Source of the DNA: the human T2T-CHM13v2.0 reference genome, Homo sapiens | Length of the DNA: 64,000 nt | Strand: one strand, 5' to 3' | NCBI RefSeq assembly: GCF_009914755.1 | Contig: NC_060937.1 | Shown here: piece after piece, positions 14,596 through 28,013 of the stretch | How the letters are laid out: each line of letters begins with the position of its first letter | How positions within the stretch are numbered: position 1 is the stretch's first letter | Program-made: the position numbers and the translations under genes | Notes under the pieces: generated by a model | Database searches by the model: none | Seen by the model: the letters and a program-made list of their open reading frames with translations, nothing else | Told to the model about the DNA's origin: nothing

Positions 14596-14799
14596 TATGT
14601 TTTGGGGCAAAAATTTAAATTCAGGCTTGCCCCTAAATCATGTATTTCTTCCACTAAATTATAAGGATCTCCTATTGGTGGTTACACAGATCAACAGTTA
14701 TCTGTATAGGCAAAACGCATTTGCTTGAATAAAAGTTACATACTTGCATGGGAAGGCATTACAAATTTAGGATAATTATACATATGATTGTAAAAGACT

Positions 14800-17700
14800 T
14801 AATTTTTAAATTATTTTTAAATTTTTATATAGTCAAATTGACCTTTTGTGGTGTACAATTCTATGAGTTTTAGCACATGTATGGATTCTTGCAGCAACCT
14901 CCACCACTGAGATGCAGAACAGTTCCATAATTCCCAAAATCTCCCTCATGCTACCCTTTTTTAATCAAACCTTTGCATCATGCCAATTCTAGGTAACCAC
15001 TGATCTGTTCTCCATTACTATAGTTTGTCTTTTCAGAATGTCCTAAATTTGGAATCACATAATATGAATCCATTTGAAATGACCTTTTTTCACATAGCAT
15101 ATTTCCCTTGAGGTCCATTCAGTTGTCTGTGTATCTTAATTGTTCTGTGTTATTAATGAGCAACATTCCATTGTATGGATGCCCCACAGTTTGTTTATCT
15201 ATTCACCTGTTGGGGGAGATTTGGATTGTTTCCAGTTTTTAACAATTATGGGCTGAGTAACTATAAACATTTGTGAACAAGTTTCAGTGTGAACATAAGT
15301 TTTCATTTCTCTGGGGTAAATACCGAGGAGTAGGATGACTGGGTCATGTCATTCCTACCACAGGAGTGATAAATATATGTTTAGCTTATTAAGAAAATGC
15401 CAAAGTATTTTTCAGAGTGGCAGTTTTTATTCCTATCAGCAATATATGAAAATTACAGTTGTTTCCCATCCTTCCCAGCATTTGTCATTATCTTTTATGC
15501 ATGCATGTATGTATGTTTATATATGTATGTATATATGTATTTACTTTAGCCATTCTAATAGATGTATGATAGTATACTATTGTGGTTTCAATTTGCATTT
15601 CCTTAATGAGTAATAATGTTGAGATATGTTATATGCTTATTTTCATCTATATATCTTCTTTACTGAAATGTCTGTTCAAATATTTTGCACATTTCTAATT
15701 AAGTTGTCATTGCATTTTAAGAGTTCTTTATGTATTTTGTAATCACCTCTTTGAATGATATGTGATTTGCAAATATTTTCTCCCAGACTGTAGCTTGTCA
15801 GTTCTTCCTCTTGATAGTGTTGTTCTCAGAGCAAAATGTTCCATTTTGATAAGGTCAAATATATCAATATTTTTATTATGATTTTCTTATGCTTTTGTAA
15901 GGACTCTCAGCCTAACTCAAAGTCAGGAAGGTTTTCACTGGTTTTATTCTGTAAATTTCTAGTTTTACATTTTATATTTAGCTTGCTGATCCATTTTTTA
16001 GTTAATTTTTATATAAGGAGTCAGGTTTAGGTCAAGGTTTATTTTTTGACCCATGAATGTCCAATTACTCCAACACCATTTGTTGAAGACACTATCATTC
16101 CTCCATTTAATTGTTTTTTCACCTTTGTCAAAAATCAGTTGAACATACTTGTGCAGATCTATTTCTGGGTTCTATGTTATGTTTCATTTCTATCCCTTTG
16201 CCAGAACCACATAGACTTGGTTACTATAGCTTATAGTAAGCCTTAAAATCAGATAGTGTGAGTCCTCCAACATACATCTCTTTCCAAATTGGTTTTGCTG
16301 TGCTTTTTTGCCTCTCTAGTTAAATTTTAGTGGCAACTTACCTATATCTATGAGACATCCTCCTGAGATTTTGATTGGTATTTCACTAAATTCATAGATC
16401 AACTTGGGGAGAATTGGTATATTCACTATATTGAATTGGTATCTTAACTATATTGGTATCTTAACTGTATCTTAACTGTATCTTACCTGCAGTGAAATAT
16501 ATTGATATATCATGGTCATCTATCTATGAACATGATCTATCAGGCCACTTATTAATTCTTTGATTGCTTTCATCAGCCTGTAATTTTTAGTATGCAGTTT
16601 TGCAACTCTTTATGGAGTGTTCTACAAATGGGAATTAGATCCATTGGTTGATGGTGTTTTCAATTCTACATCCCTGCTTATTTTTGTTCACTTGTTACAG
16701 TGGTAAATGAGGGGAACATATTGAATTGTGACTTGCCTGTTTTTCCTTTCAGTTATATCCATTTCTGCTTCATGTTTTTTGAAGTTCTATTGTTAGGTGC
16801 ATACACATTTAGGATTATTATGAGTCCTTGGTGAATTGACCCTCTTATTATCATGTAATTTCCTTTTTTATCCACAGTAATTTTCTTGGTCTAGAAGTCT
16901 ACTTTGCCTGAAATTAATATAACAACTCCAGCTTTCTTTTGATTAGTGTTTGCATGAGTAACATTTTTTATCCTTTTACTTTTAAATTACTTATGCCATT
17001 ATATTTAAAGTAGTTTTTTTATAGGTAGCATATAATTGGATCTTGTATTCTGTCAATCTTTTTCTTCTAATTGGTGTGTAGACTATTTACATTTCATTAC
17101 TGGTATGCTTGGTTTTAGGCCTACCATTTTTATTTGTTTTTTTCTTGCTTGTTCCGTTTGTTTTAATTCTTTTCTTTCTTCATATCTGCTCTCTGCTAGA
17201 TTACTTGAATATTTTTTGTTACTCCATTTAAGTTTCTCTATCAGTTTTTAAATATTTCTCTTTGTATTGATTTTTAGTGTTTGTCTAGGGATTATAATAT
17301 AGATACTTAACTTTTTATAGTCTATTTAGACTTAATATTTTATTACTTTAAGTGGAATATGGGAATTTTATCAATATAGAGGTCCTTTGGCCCTTCTCCC
17401 TTTATTTTGTTGTCTTCATATGTATTACATCTACATACATTGAAACCCCAGTCTGACAATGTTACAATTTTTGCTTTCAGTTATCATTGAAATGGATATT
17501 AGATCCAATGGTTGATGGCTCAATCGTTCATATTTAAAGAATAACATGAGAAAAATAGTCCATCATATTAACCAGGTTATCTGCCATTTCTGTTGCTCTT
17601 CCTTCATTCCTGAAGTTCCAGGTTTCCCACTCATATCATTTTGTTTTTATTTAAATAACTTTTTTATTTTACAGCAGGTTTGCTGATAATATATTCTCTT

Positions 17701-18320
17701 AGGTTCCATTCTTCTGAGAATGTCTTTATTTCACCTTTATTCCTGATGTATATTTTTGCTGATGTAGACTTCTAGATTGAGGGTTCTTTTCTTTCAACAT
17801 TTAAAAAATGTTGTTGCATTGCCTCCTGGCCTCTGTGGTTTAGATTTAAAAAAAAACCCAGCCATTTCAATCATTCTTCTTTATGTATGTAATACAATAC
17901 TTTTATCAGGTTGATTTTAAGATTTTTTTCTTTGCTCTTAGTTTTTAGCAGTTTGATTATGATGTGTCTGGGTTGGAATTTTTTTAAGTTTATCTTGCTT
18001 GGGATTTATGAGCTTCTTAAATCTGTAAGTTTGTTTCCTATGAAATTCAAGATGTTTTGGGTCATTATTTCTTCAAGTAATTTTTCTGCACCAAGCTTTT
18101 TCCTTTCATTTTGGGATTCTAATAACTCAAATACTTGTTGGTATTTTCCTGTGAGTCCACAAGGCACTGGTTGCATTTCTCAATTTCTCCATTTTTTCTT
18201 AGATTGCATACTTATTATTGATCTACATGTAAGTTTACTAACTTCATTTTGCCATCTGCGCTCTGCTATTGAGTCCATCAAGTGAATTTTATTTTCTTAG
18301 GTTGTTATATTTTTTCAAAC
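14800..18320 (-). mobile_element. Old mammalian L1 (L1MC/L1MD-like), antisense, internally deleted
   Basis: T-rich. In order: antisense 3'UTR (ggtgtacaattctatgagtttt...cagaacagttcc), ORF2 3' part (tggtttcaatttgcatttcc), ORF2 endonuclease region (ttgttaggtgcatacacatttagg), ORF1 region (tctttatttcaccttt). Confidence 0.8.
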
Positions 18321-18352
18321 TTTTTCTCCCAATCTGCTGATAAAACACACAT

Positions 18353-18354
<2 letters not shown>

Positions 18355-18392
<38 letters not shown>
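18355..18392 (+). repeat. (AC)19 microsatellite
   Basis: Perfect AC run. Confidence 0.95.
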
Positions 18393-18394
<2 letters not shown>

Positions 18395-21300
18395 CTCTTA
18401 TGTACTATATACAGCACTTATAGTCATTGTTGGAAATGATCAAAAACTTATGAAGTCCCAAGAACTCACTCAATGGGGATAACACGTAAAATTAGGAAGT
18501 CATAAAAACTAACTCGAGTTTCAAATATTTGTGGAGTCTCTACTTCATGTTAAGTAACATGCTGTATGAAATATATAGACTGTTGAAAATGAGAGAAAAA
18601 CTGAACATTAGGAAGTCCAAAAATATTCTAACTTAAGATTCAGAGTCAACCAATATTTTTTAAGTTTCTACTGCATGTTAAGTACTATGCCAAGTATTCA
18701 CACAAATATGATTTTCCATCTATTTATTTATTTCAAAATCTTGCCTGTCCAAATAGAACTTCAGAAGACATTCTGTTAAAAAATAAGACTTTTTTGAGGC
18801 CATGATGAAATACACATTCTCGGATCCTGTGCAGGAAGGTTTGCATAATATGTCTCGATAGCAGTCACCTTCACAGGTGATTCTAAGATTCAAATGCCCA
18901 GCCTTGATTCAGAGTGACTTTGGCTGCCTCATGAATTAATTCCCTCACAAAATTCTGATAAATGTTTACCTAAACATTTAAACATTTCCCTTGGATGTAC
19001 CACCTCCTATATGTGTAATAAAATTCTTTAGTGTTACAAGAGAACATATGTGCTTTGATTTTCTAAGTTGTTAGTCCTGAATTAGTGTTTCTAGAGATCT
19101 TTTTCTCCCTCCAACCCCCACTGATATTAGATACAGTTTGGGGGAATCTTCTTTTTCCTTTAGCCCTTAGTGACTATTTCTAGGACGACATCCTCAAGTT
19201 TTGCAACATGAAATATATTCTACTGAGGTTGAGAGATGACTCCCTCATACAGCAGCGAATAATTTTTCCAAACTATTGAATCTTGACGAACCTCTATTAC
19301 ATTGGGAAGCTTCTATTTGCTGTGCTAATTTTCACCATCCTCTAAGTTCTGACCCTTGGATCTTTTAGTGTTTGCATGCTAATTTTCCGTTCTTCATGGT
19401 CAATATTAAACGATTAATATAAGTACCTATTAGGTATAGGGTGAGACATGGAAAGTACAAGTTGTGTGATCTCCATCTTCCTGTCTTGTGGCCACAGCAG
19501 ATATTATTTGTTGGTTGTCCCTGGTCCCTCTGAGCCCAGATGTAGCCTCAGAATCCTCCTAAACACAGGGGGCCAGGCACCCACAAAAAACCATCAAACT
19601 TGACATATGGGATGAAGTTTATTTACCATAAATATACCAGGCTATAAAAAGTAATGTGTGTTATTTGGAAAAATAATACCCCCATTGTCATTCTCATGTG
19701 AGAAACCTTTATAAGTATGGCCAGGTATTATAGAACAAGAAAGGATACCTTTACCTTGAAAATACAACACTGTTCACCTCTTCCTTTGTTTGCCCTTCTC
19801 ATTTATCTACTTGGATTTCAGTTTGTGCTGTCCCATAGTAATGCCGTGTGTTTTAGATCTTTAACATTCTGTCCCTGATAACTGTTTTCAATTAATGATG
19901 ACTTCCTGTAAGTCTTTGCTAAGGGTTTGCCTGTTTACTTTTGATTAATGTAATAGTTTTATGAGGCAAACTAATATGGTTATTATTTACTGGTGTCTTT
20001 ATGTATTTTATATATAAATAGTATACACACAAATGTGCCATACCATATATAGGTAACATATACATTGCATTATATATGAATGTGTTCATGCATATATACA
20101 TATACTTTTATATACATATATACGTGAGTGTATATATTAAACACATACACACATATTACTCTAGGTCTAAAATGAAAAATAATTGTCATTTCACTACAAG
20201 TTAAAAGAAATGGAAAAATTAAAAATCATCTTTTCTGGACAAGGAGATTGTTTTCTGAGCACTTTGCAGTCTTTGTGAAAAGAGATTGCCCATGGTTTCA
20301 CAGCAAGATTGAAACTAATGTTCAGTGGTGGAGTTACACACTTGAGCTGAATAATGGAAATATACTTTCATTCTGAATTGGAAATGACGGTTCTGATGGC
20401 TTCTTGGGAGCTCACAGCCCTAGCACATCTTGACATTTTGAAAAAAACTAAATTTTGAGTTGACATTGTGACGCCCCCTCTGGTGCTTATCAGAACACGT
20501 CCTATTTTTCTCACCATAGTCTTCAACTTCTCTGTGGTTGCCCTTGGAAATTGCTGATCTCCAAGCTCCCTGGCCATCTATTGCTTATAAGAGCCTGTAA
20601 AATAGTCTTTTACTTGGCTTCAGGCATTAACCTAAAGGCCAGGACATTGCCTTTAGTCCATATGGATACAGATTGCCAGTTGGGAGGACATTTTAGAACC
20701 TGTGTTTTGACCTGGACAGAGAGGCCTCTGGTCCATGTTCACTTTTCCAGAAAGAAGGAGGACTATTGACCTTGAGGATAAAATATTTCAAGTGCAGTAG
20801 GGGAAGTTTTCCTATCTGAGTGAGCACAGAGCTTCACTTATCTGGAGAGATTTTGCAATGTGGCAGCCTGGCAGTTTGACTAGAAAATTTTGATTCTGCA
20901 TTATCATGCCTCTTGTAATGAGAAACTTGTGGTGGCATATGTTTATTAATCTTAGTTAAAAGATACCTGCCCAGATGGTTTATACCTGGGAAACATTCGC
21001 AGTCATCAATCTTTCTCTAATCAGCAACTTTTGCCTTCCCTCTCGGCACCACGCCAATTTGTTGAGATGACTAACAGTTGCTTCTCTTTGGTCATGTGTG
21101 GTCCATGCTTTGTAAGTTAGAAGTATGGGGGAAAATGAAACAAATTGCTTAGCCATGAGGAGTGAGTGACCTTGCGTCTCGCCAGCATACCCTCATAGCC
21201 CTTGACCTTTTAGTTGAGAGGATTCATTTCACGTTATTCTTTCCCTTACAGTCTCAAAGTCCTGGTAATGAGGTGCCCTCTTTGTATCCTCTCACTCCGA

Positions 21301-23399
21301 CAGGCTGTACTGAGAAGAACAGCTGCACACAGAAGGATTCTAATCACCACTTTGCAAGGGCTAGGACTGACAAGGCAATAGAAGTGGGTGCTGTTTTTTG
21401 ATTGGAGAGGTTCTCCTCACCATTCCAGCATCCATTACCATTGCTTCCTGGAAACCCCCGGGTACCTTTTGCTTGCCACAGAGGCTAGACGTCTATAAAC
21501 AGAAACATTATTCTGGAGTGAAATTAGCCAAGGTATTAAATTGATAAATGTGATGGCAAGCAGACCTGGTAGGTGGGAGGCAGAGAATAAGCAGAAATCA
21601 TCTGTGAAATACAAAACAGCCCAGCCTATTAGAGAAGGAGGGTTGGTGAGTGGTGGGCCTGCCCATGGTAGCACGTTATTTCTCTGCATCCCATTATGTC
21701 AAAAGGAGATTTACTGTATTTTTACCTCAATGTTTCCTGCCAGCTTTCTGGTCGGAGGACTGCAGTGTGTGACCTGATAATTTAAACAACCATCATTAGA
21801 CGATGCACATTTGATGTCTAATTAAATCTCTTATACCACAGGATCACAACCACATATTGTCATCCTGGGATCTTTAGAGTCTGCTACATCCTGGAAAACA
21901 AAAATGTATACAATCAATTCTCAGAAGTCTACAGAGCTTGGGATTTATTTCCACGCCAATGCTCTGGGACCTATATGCTAGTTTTAAGTAATCCCTCAGG
22001 AGGAAATAAGGGTATGATTCTAAGAATTATCTCCCTTACAAAATATTGTTTAAAGATAATAATGCATTTTATTTTAGTTTTGTCATCATCACCCAGTATG
22101 TTCTTATTGATTGACTACTGTGACATGCTAAGGAAGAATGGAATCATGGAGCAAGATTTTGGCATGTATATACCTGACTACTTTTGTTTCTACTGATTTT
22201 CCATTTGTGAGAACTTTTGTGTTCTCAAATGCCAAGGGAGCACTGGTTTTCTTTTTCTGAAAAATCCAGATGCTTTAATATCATCCTTCATGTGTCAATT
22301 CATTTTTCAATCCCTGATCACTGATTAAACAGTAAAACTTTAAGACACTCACCTTCTATGTGAAAATCTAAAACTCTTAACTTATAAGTATATGCAAAAC
22401 ACATCTGATAAGTATTCCTCTGTGCAGGTTAGAATTTTAGGAAACTATGTAATAAAAGATAGGATCTGACTTGAGAAATTTACAGTCTTTAAAAAATAGA
22501 CATATGTTAACAATGAAGATTCTTTTCAATATTTAGATTTCCTGAATATTTGTGGCCAAGTTTTTAAAATATGGATTTTAAAATGTCTCTACATAATTTC
22601 AGTGCTCTGGAAACAAAAGTAAATCTTCTATTTGACAAATTACTCTACCTGCAAATAAGATATTTGGCCAAGTGTGTATTTTTTTCCTCCCTCATTTTTT
22701 GGGCTGATAATTGGACTTATATTCTTGAATTCTAGTGTTGATTTCTGATATGAACTTGAAAGATGAAGAAAGGAAACAGGTTACATTGTGTCAGGTTTGG
22801 ATCACTATACCATCCTCTGAAAAAATAAACCAGGATAAAGCATGTTGTTTCAGCCCACAATTCTTGATTTGATGTATAAGGTCATCAGATGAAACATGAA
22901 GTAGAGATGGGCTTTCTAACCAGCTGTGTATTTCTGTTCCAGCTGACTGACAGCACAAAGAAAATGTGTCAGTCATGAATATTAAGTTTCTTTCTAGCAT
23001 TTTTCTTCCAGATGGAAGCAACATGCACATTGTAGCAATGCTTTTTCCAGCTGATGAGTTTTCTTATTTATATTTTTGGCAAAGCATATTGATTTTCATC
23101 TGTGACTTCTACCTTAGTACCCTACTGTCTGGTTTAAAAATATGTTCAGCTTAGTTTTAAAAAAATAGCTCACTGCCTAAAAAATTTACTTATGTCAAAG
23201 TCATTCCAGCACAGCCGTTTTAATATCTCAAACCTTTCACTCTTTTTTTTAAATCTTCTTTACTGTCTTTCAAAGTACACATTTATACACCTACCTTTAT
23301 AAGTGACTGGTAACATTATTACCCAGTCTTATTATCACAATACTATAATAATATTAATAATCAATTTTAATATTAAAACCTTCTATTTTTAATCTTGTC

Positions 23400-23620
23400 T
23401 TTGTGCCAGGTGCTTGAAATATGCTTGATATTTATTACTATTATTAATTTCTCTGACAAGTCTCTGAGTTTAACATGATTATTTTCATCATATGGATGAG
23501 AGGACTAAAGACAAAAGAGGTTATATAACTTTCCCAAGGCCATGTAGCTCATCAGTGGCGGAAGCAGGATTTGAAAGCCAGTCCTTTTGAATCCCAACCT
23601 CATTCTCTTAAATGCTAAGC
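23400..23620 (-). mobile_element. MIR
   Basis: gatgagaggactaaagac...aggttatataactttcccaaggccatgtagct...gcaggatttgaa core motif. Confidence 0.55.
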
Positions 23621-25777
23621 TATCAACATTCTATTACATTGGTGATTCTATTAGTCATTAATAGCTGTCTTACATTTTTCAAACAAAAATGCAACAGGAA
23701 TATAACTGTAAAATTATGTTGAAAGATTGTTCTCTTACTCATTCCAATTTCCAACTTTTTGCAAATTACTTCCAGGCTGACGCCCAGAGGGCCCAAAGAG
23801 AATCCTATCTAAAGTGATGGGTTTTATGTTGGGAGACCAGTTTCCATTAAAGAGCTTTCTTCCCTACTTTTATCCCCATAGCAACAAGCATCTGTCTGAA
23901 TTCTCCTTTGCAATTTCTGCCAAGTGGCAAGGAACTGAACTTCCTAGAGGGGCTGCTGCTGGTTTGAGATGAAGCCGAGTGGCCCAGCACAATGACAATC
24001 ACTGTGAATGCCAGATGTGGCCTTGGTTTCCTGATATATCTGTTGACAGGAAACAGATTTTTGGAGATCTCTGGAAGGAAAAAGGCTATGAAAGCCCAAA
24101 CTGCCATCATCATAGTCCTTGATGTCACCATTAGTATTGATAGAAGATCTGTTTCCAATATGTCTGTTACCTTTCAGAAGCATTATGATTCACGGGTTTT
24201 AAGCAGTATCTAATTTATGCAGCATTTATGCAGGCTTTAGTTTGTCTAAATCAATCACTGAAAATGAAATCTTGCCTTTTGATGTGTTGCTGGCCCTTAT
24301 TTGAATGGGAAAAGGGAAACTTCACATTTGAACATTTCAAGCCTCATCATATTTTCCTTTTCCACATGACAGCGATAAACAGATCTTGGCAATACCTGAC
24401 ACAAAGGAAATTTTTAAAATGAACCATACTGTCATTTCTTTTGAATGATATGGCAAATAAAACAATAATTCAAAGGATCACTTCACTGAACATGTAGACT
24501 TCTAAAGCAAGAGAGCAGCTCAGACTAGTGGTAGGAGGAAGCACTGTTCAACTTAATGAAGTTTTCAAGGTTAACTTTTTAAAGAAAACTCATATTTTTG
24601 GAATGTCTGTGATGATTGGCTGAGAGAAAATTTAATACAGTGAAAAGACATGGGCTTTGGTGATGGAGAAATAATTTTAGATGCTTTATAATTATGAGAC
24701 CTTGAACACATTTAAATTCACGAAGTTTTGGTTTCCTTAATAATCATACAGAAGTAAAAACTAGCAGCTTGCAGGTTTATTGTCAAAAATAGGATTAGGG
24801 TACGTGAAAGTACCAAGAAATGCCGTGTTATGTAACAGTTATTCAGGAAGCTGGCTACTACTGTTTTACGCTCATTGTATTTCCTAATAAGTCATGGTGT
24901 TATTACTTGTCTATGAGGAGAGGTGATAGAGTAGATGAGCATTTATTTGGTAGGGGACTATCGATCAGGCCATAATACAGTGAATATCATCTGTGAATCC
25001 TCTGCATATGAGGGGGTGTCCTTATGAATCTGAGGACTCTGACTACCACTTGCCAGGCATCAAACTACACAAATCAATAGGCTGAGGACATCTGCCACCT
25101 TTCAAAGTCCTCATGTTCGAAAAAATCCATTTATGAGATGGAGAGGGTTGTCCCTCCAAGGGAAGACACTCAGAGAAAGAGATCCAGTTGGATGATCCTT
25201 TTAATTATATTTATTGACCCTTCAACTGGAAGTCACCCAGTTCCCAGACAAGGATGCACAAGGGAGATTTTAGGCTGCACTTTTAATGGAAGTGAAATGC
25301 TGCAGGGTAAAGCAGAGAGCACAGATGTTTGCAAAGCCATGAGATCTGGGGCTACACTGATACAGGCACCATCTGATGGCCAGACTGTCCCAGTAAACGG
25401 GGTCCTGCTCAGAGTTCTGATCTAAGCACTTCATTGCAAAACTGGCAAGCTGTAAACCCCTGGAGTAGCTCCAGCTGAGATGAAAACAAAGGCAGAAAGA
25501 ATAAACAATTTGGTTAATTGAGTTTGAATGATAGAATTGCAATAAGGGACCACTAAAAGGTGCAATGAGAAGGATGTTTAAAAATTCTAAAAAATCTTGA
25601 AGAAATAGTGGTCTTGGAGCTCTGAAAACAACAACAATGGCAAAGCTATGAAATCGTAGCACATTGACTGGAAATCTATTTGAGAATGAGGTTATGGGAA
25701 ACAGAGAAATTAATGGTTCTTTTTTAAAAATCTGTTTCTGTGACTTCAATTATTTTACAATTACCTTTCAACGGGAT

Positions 25778-26638
25778 TATGTAGAAAAAAACAAACTTTT
25801 CCTCCACTTTCACCCCACAGCAATCAACACAGAAGACTTATGTGCCCTGTAGTCACCAAGCAGTGTGTGGGGATTCTCCCTATCAGCAAGAAAGCCATCA
25901 ATTCTGCAGTAGACTCTAGCTGAGTGTCCTTCAATTCAATTCACTCCTGACACCATCTACCTGAAGATAGCATCAGATCCCACGGGTTGAGGGCTCAGTC
26001 CCCAAGACTACCCACTACACCACACTTCTGATGCAATTCACAAGCTCCTACACCACACTTCTGATGCAATTCACAAGCCCACAGGTTGGTTTACCTGTGC
26101 TTCTGACTGACTATAAATAAGAGTTCCCACAACCCCTTCTTTGGGTTCAATTAATTTCTTAGAGCAGCTCACAGACCTCAGAGAAACTTACCCTTACTGG
26201 CTTATTATGACGGATATAAACAAAAGGATACAGACGAAGAGATGCAAGGCATATGGGAAGGGGCATGGAGTTACCATCCCTTCCCCAGGTGCACCACCCT
26301 CCAGGAACCTCGTCTTCAGCTATCCCGAAGCTCCCCAAACACTGTCTTTGGGAGGCTTTATGGAGGCTACATTACATGGGCCCAATTGATGAAACCAATA
26401 AACTCAACCTCTTTTCTCCTTGGAGACTGGGGAATGGGCTGAAAGTCCCAACCCTCTGATCCTACCTTTGTCTTTTGGGTGACCAGCTCCCATCTTGAAG
26501 CTACCTAAGGGCTTCCAGCCAACAGTCAAGTCATCAGTGTTCAGAAAGACACTTACCACTTTGAAGAGTCCAGGGATTTTAGGAGTTGTGCGCTAGGAGA
26601 CTGGGATGAAGACCAAATAGATATTTCACAACATCACA
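25778..26638 (-). mobile_element. MER21-family solo LTR
   Basis: ctgacaccatctacctgaagatagcatcagatcccacgggttgagggctcagtcc and the terminus gaagaccaaatagatatttcacaacatcaca (reverse complement of the MER21 5' end). Candidate 5-bp TSD GGGAT at 25773-25777 and 26639-26643. Confidence 0.8.
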
Positions 26639-26654
26639 GGGATCCTATAGTTAC

Positions 26655-26790
26655 TATGGACTTTGTAACCATTTAGCTGTCATATGTGACTCTGAGGAAG
26701 GTCACTTAATTTCTCTGCGCCTCAATGTCCTCATCTATAAAATAAGGATAATAATGCTTACCTTATAGAGTTAGGGTAAGGATAAAAGAT
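26655..26790 (+). mobile_element. MIR fragment
   Basis: gtcacttaatttctctgcgcctcaatgtcctcatctataaaataaggataataat. Confidence 0.65.
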
Positions 26791-26832
26791 TATATACGCA
26801 TCTATGTGTGTGCTTGTGTGTCTCCATGTGTG

Positions 26833-27212
26833 TGTAATCTGCTAGGGTTGCCATAACAAAATACCACAGACTATATGAGCTAAACAACAGAAATTTATTT
26901 TCTTACCATTCTGGAGGCTAGAATTCTGAGATCAAGGTGTCAGCAGGTTTGCATTCTTCTGAGACCTCTTCTTTGCTTGCAAATGACCACTTTCTCACTG
27001 TGTCTTCACATGGTCTTTTTTCTGTACATATGTACCCCAGTGTCCCTTTGTGTCCAGATTGCCTTCTAATAAGAATACAAGTCAAATTAGATGAGAGCCC
27101 ACCCTAACATCCTTATTTTAGCTTAATCGCTTCTTTAAAGGCCCTATCTCCATATCTAAATACAGTCACATTCTGAATTACTGGGTATTAGGGCTTCGAC
27201 TTATGAATCTTT
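26833..27212 (-). mobile_element. MLT1A-like MaLR LTR (terminus missing; see findings)
   Basis: ctagggttgccataacaaaataccacagact...aaggccctatctcc...aaatacagtcacattctga...tagggcttcgacttatgaa. Confidence 0.8.
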
Positions 27213-27222
27213 TAAAACTGTG

Positions 27223-27880
27223 TTTGATCAAATGGTATTTCTAGTTCTAGATCCCTGAGGAATTGCCACACTGACTTCCACAATGGTTGAACTAGTTTAC
27301 AGTCCCACCAACAGTGTAAAAGTGTTCCTGTTTCTCCACATCCTCTCCAGCACCTGTTGTTTCCTGACTTTTTAATGATTGCCATTCTAACTGGTGTGAG
27401 ATGGTATCTCATTGTGGTTTTGATTTGCATTTCTCTGATGGCCAGTGATGGTGAGGAACCAACCCAAATGTCCAACAATGATAGACTGGATTAAGAAAAT
27501 GTGGCACACATACACCATGGAATACTATGCAGCCATAAAACATGATGAGTTCATGTCCTTTGTAGGGACATGGATGAAATTGGAAATCATCATTCTCAGT
27601 AAACTATCGCAAGAACAAAAAACCAAACACCGCATATTCTCACTCATAGGTGGGAATTGAACAATGAGAACACATGGACACAGGAAGGGGAACATCACAC
27701 ACTGGGGACTGTTGTGGGGTGGAGGGAGGGGGGAGGGATAGCATTGGGAGATATACCTATTGCTAGATGATGAGTTAGTGGGTGCAGCGCACCAGCATGG
27801 CACATGTATACATATGTAACTAACCTGCACATTGTGCACATGTACCCTAAAACTTAAAGTATAATAATAAAAAAAAAAAA
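27223..27880 (+). mobile_element. 5'-truncated, 5'-inverted L1 (L1PA2/L1PA3-like)
   Basis: Antisense ORF2 3' segment 27223-27455 is joined to a sense segment 27455-27880 with 3'UTR and poly(A). TSD AAAACTGTG at 27214-27222 and 27877-27885, at a TT/AAAA site. Confidence 0.93.
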
Positions 27881-28013
27881 CTGTGAACATATTTATGGGC
27901 TGAATTGTGGTCTTCATCCCAGTTATAAGCTGGTTTTGGTCTTCATCCCAGTCTCCTAGTATACAATACAACTCCCAAAACCCTGGACTCTTCAAAGTGG
28001 TATCCTTTTGAAT

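Noticed and set aside
20469-20486. Possible CTCF motif (minus strand ACCAGAGGGGGCGT)
   Set aside because: Only the right half matches, which is insufficient without ChIP data
25270-25749. 159-aa minus-strand ORF and other 100-145 aa intronic ORFs (e.g. 28678-29115, 44402-44812)
   Set aside because: No recognisable domains, many have non-ATG starts, and no supporting splice structure; consistent with chance
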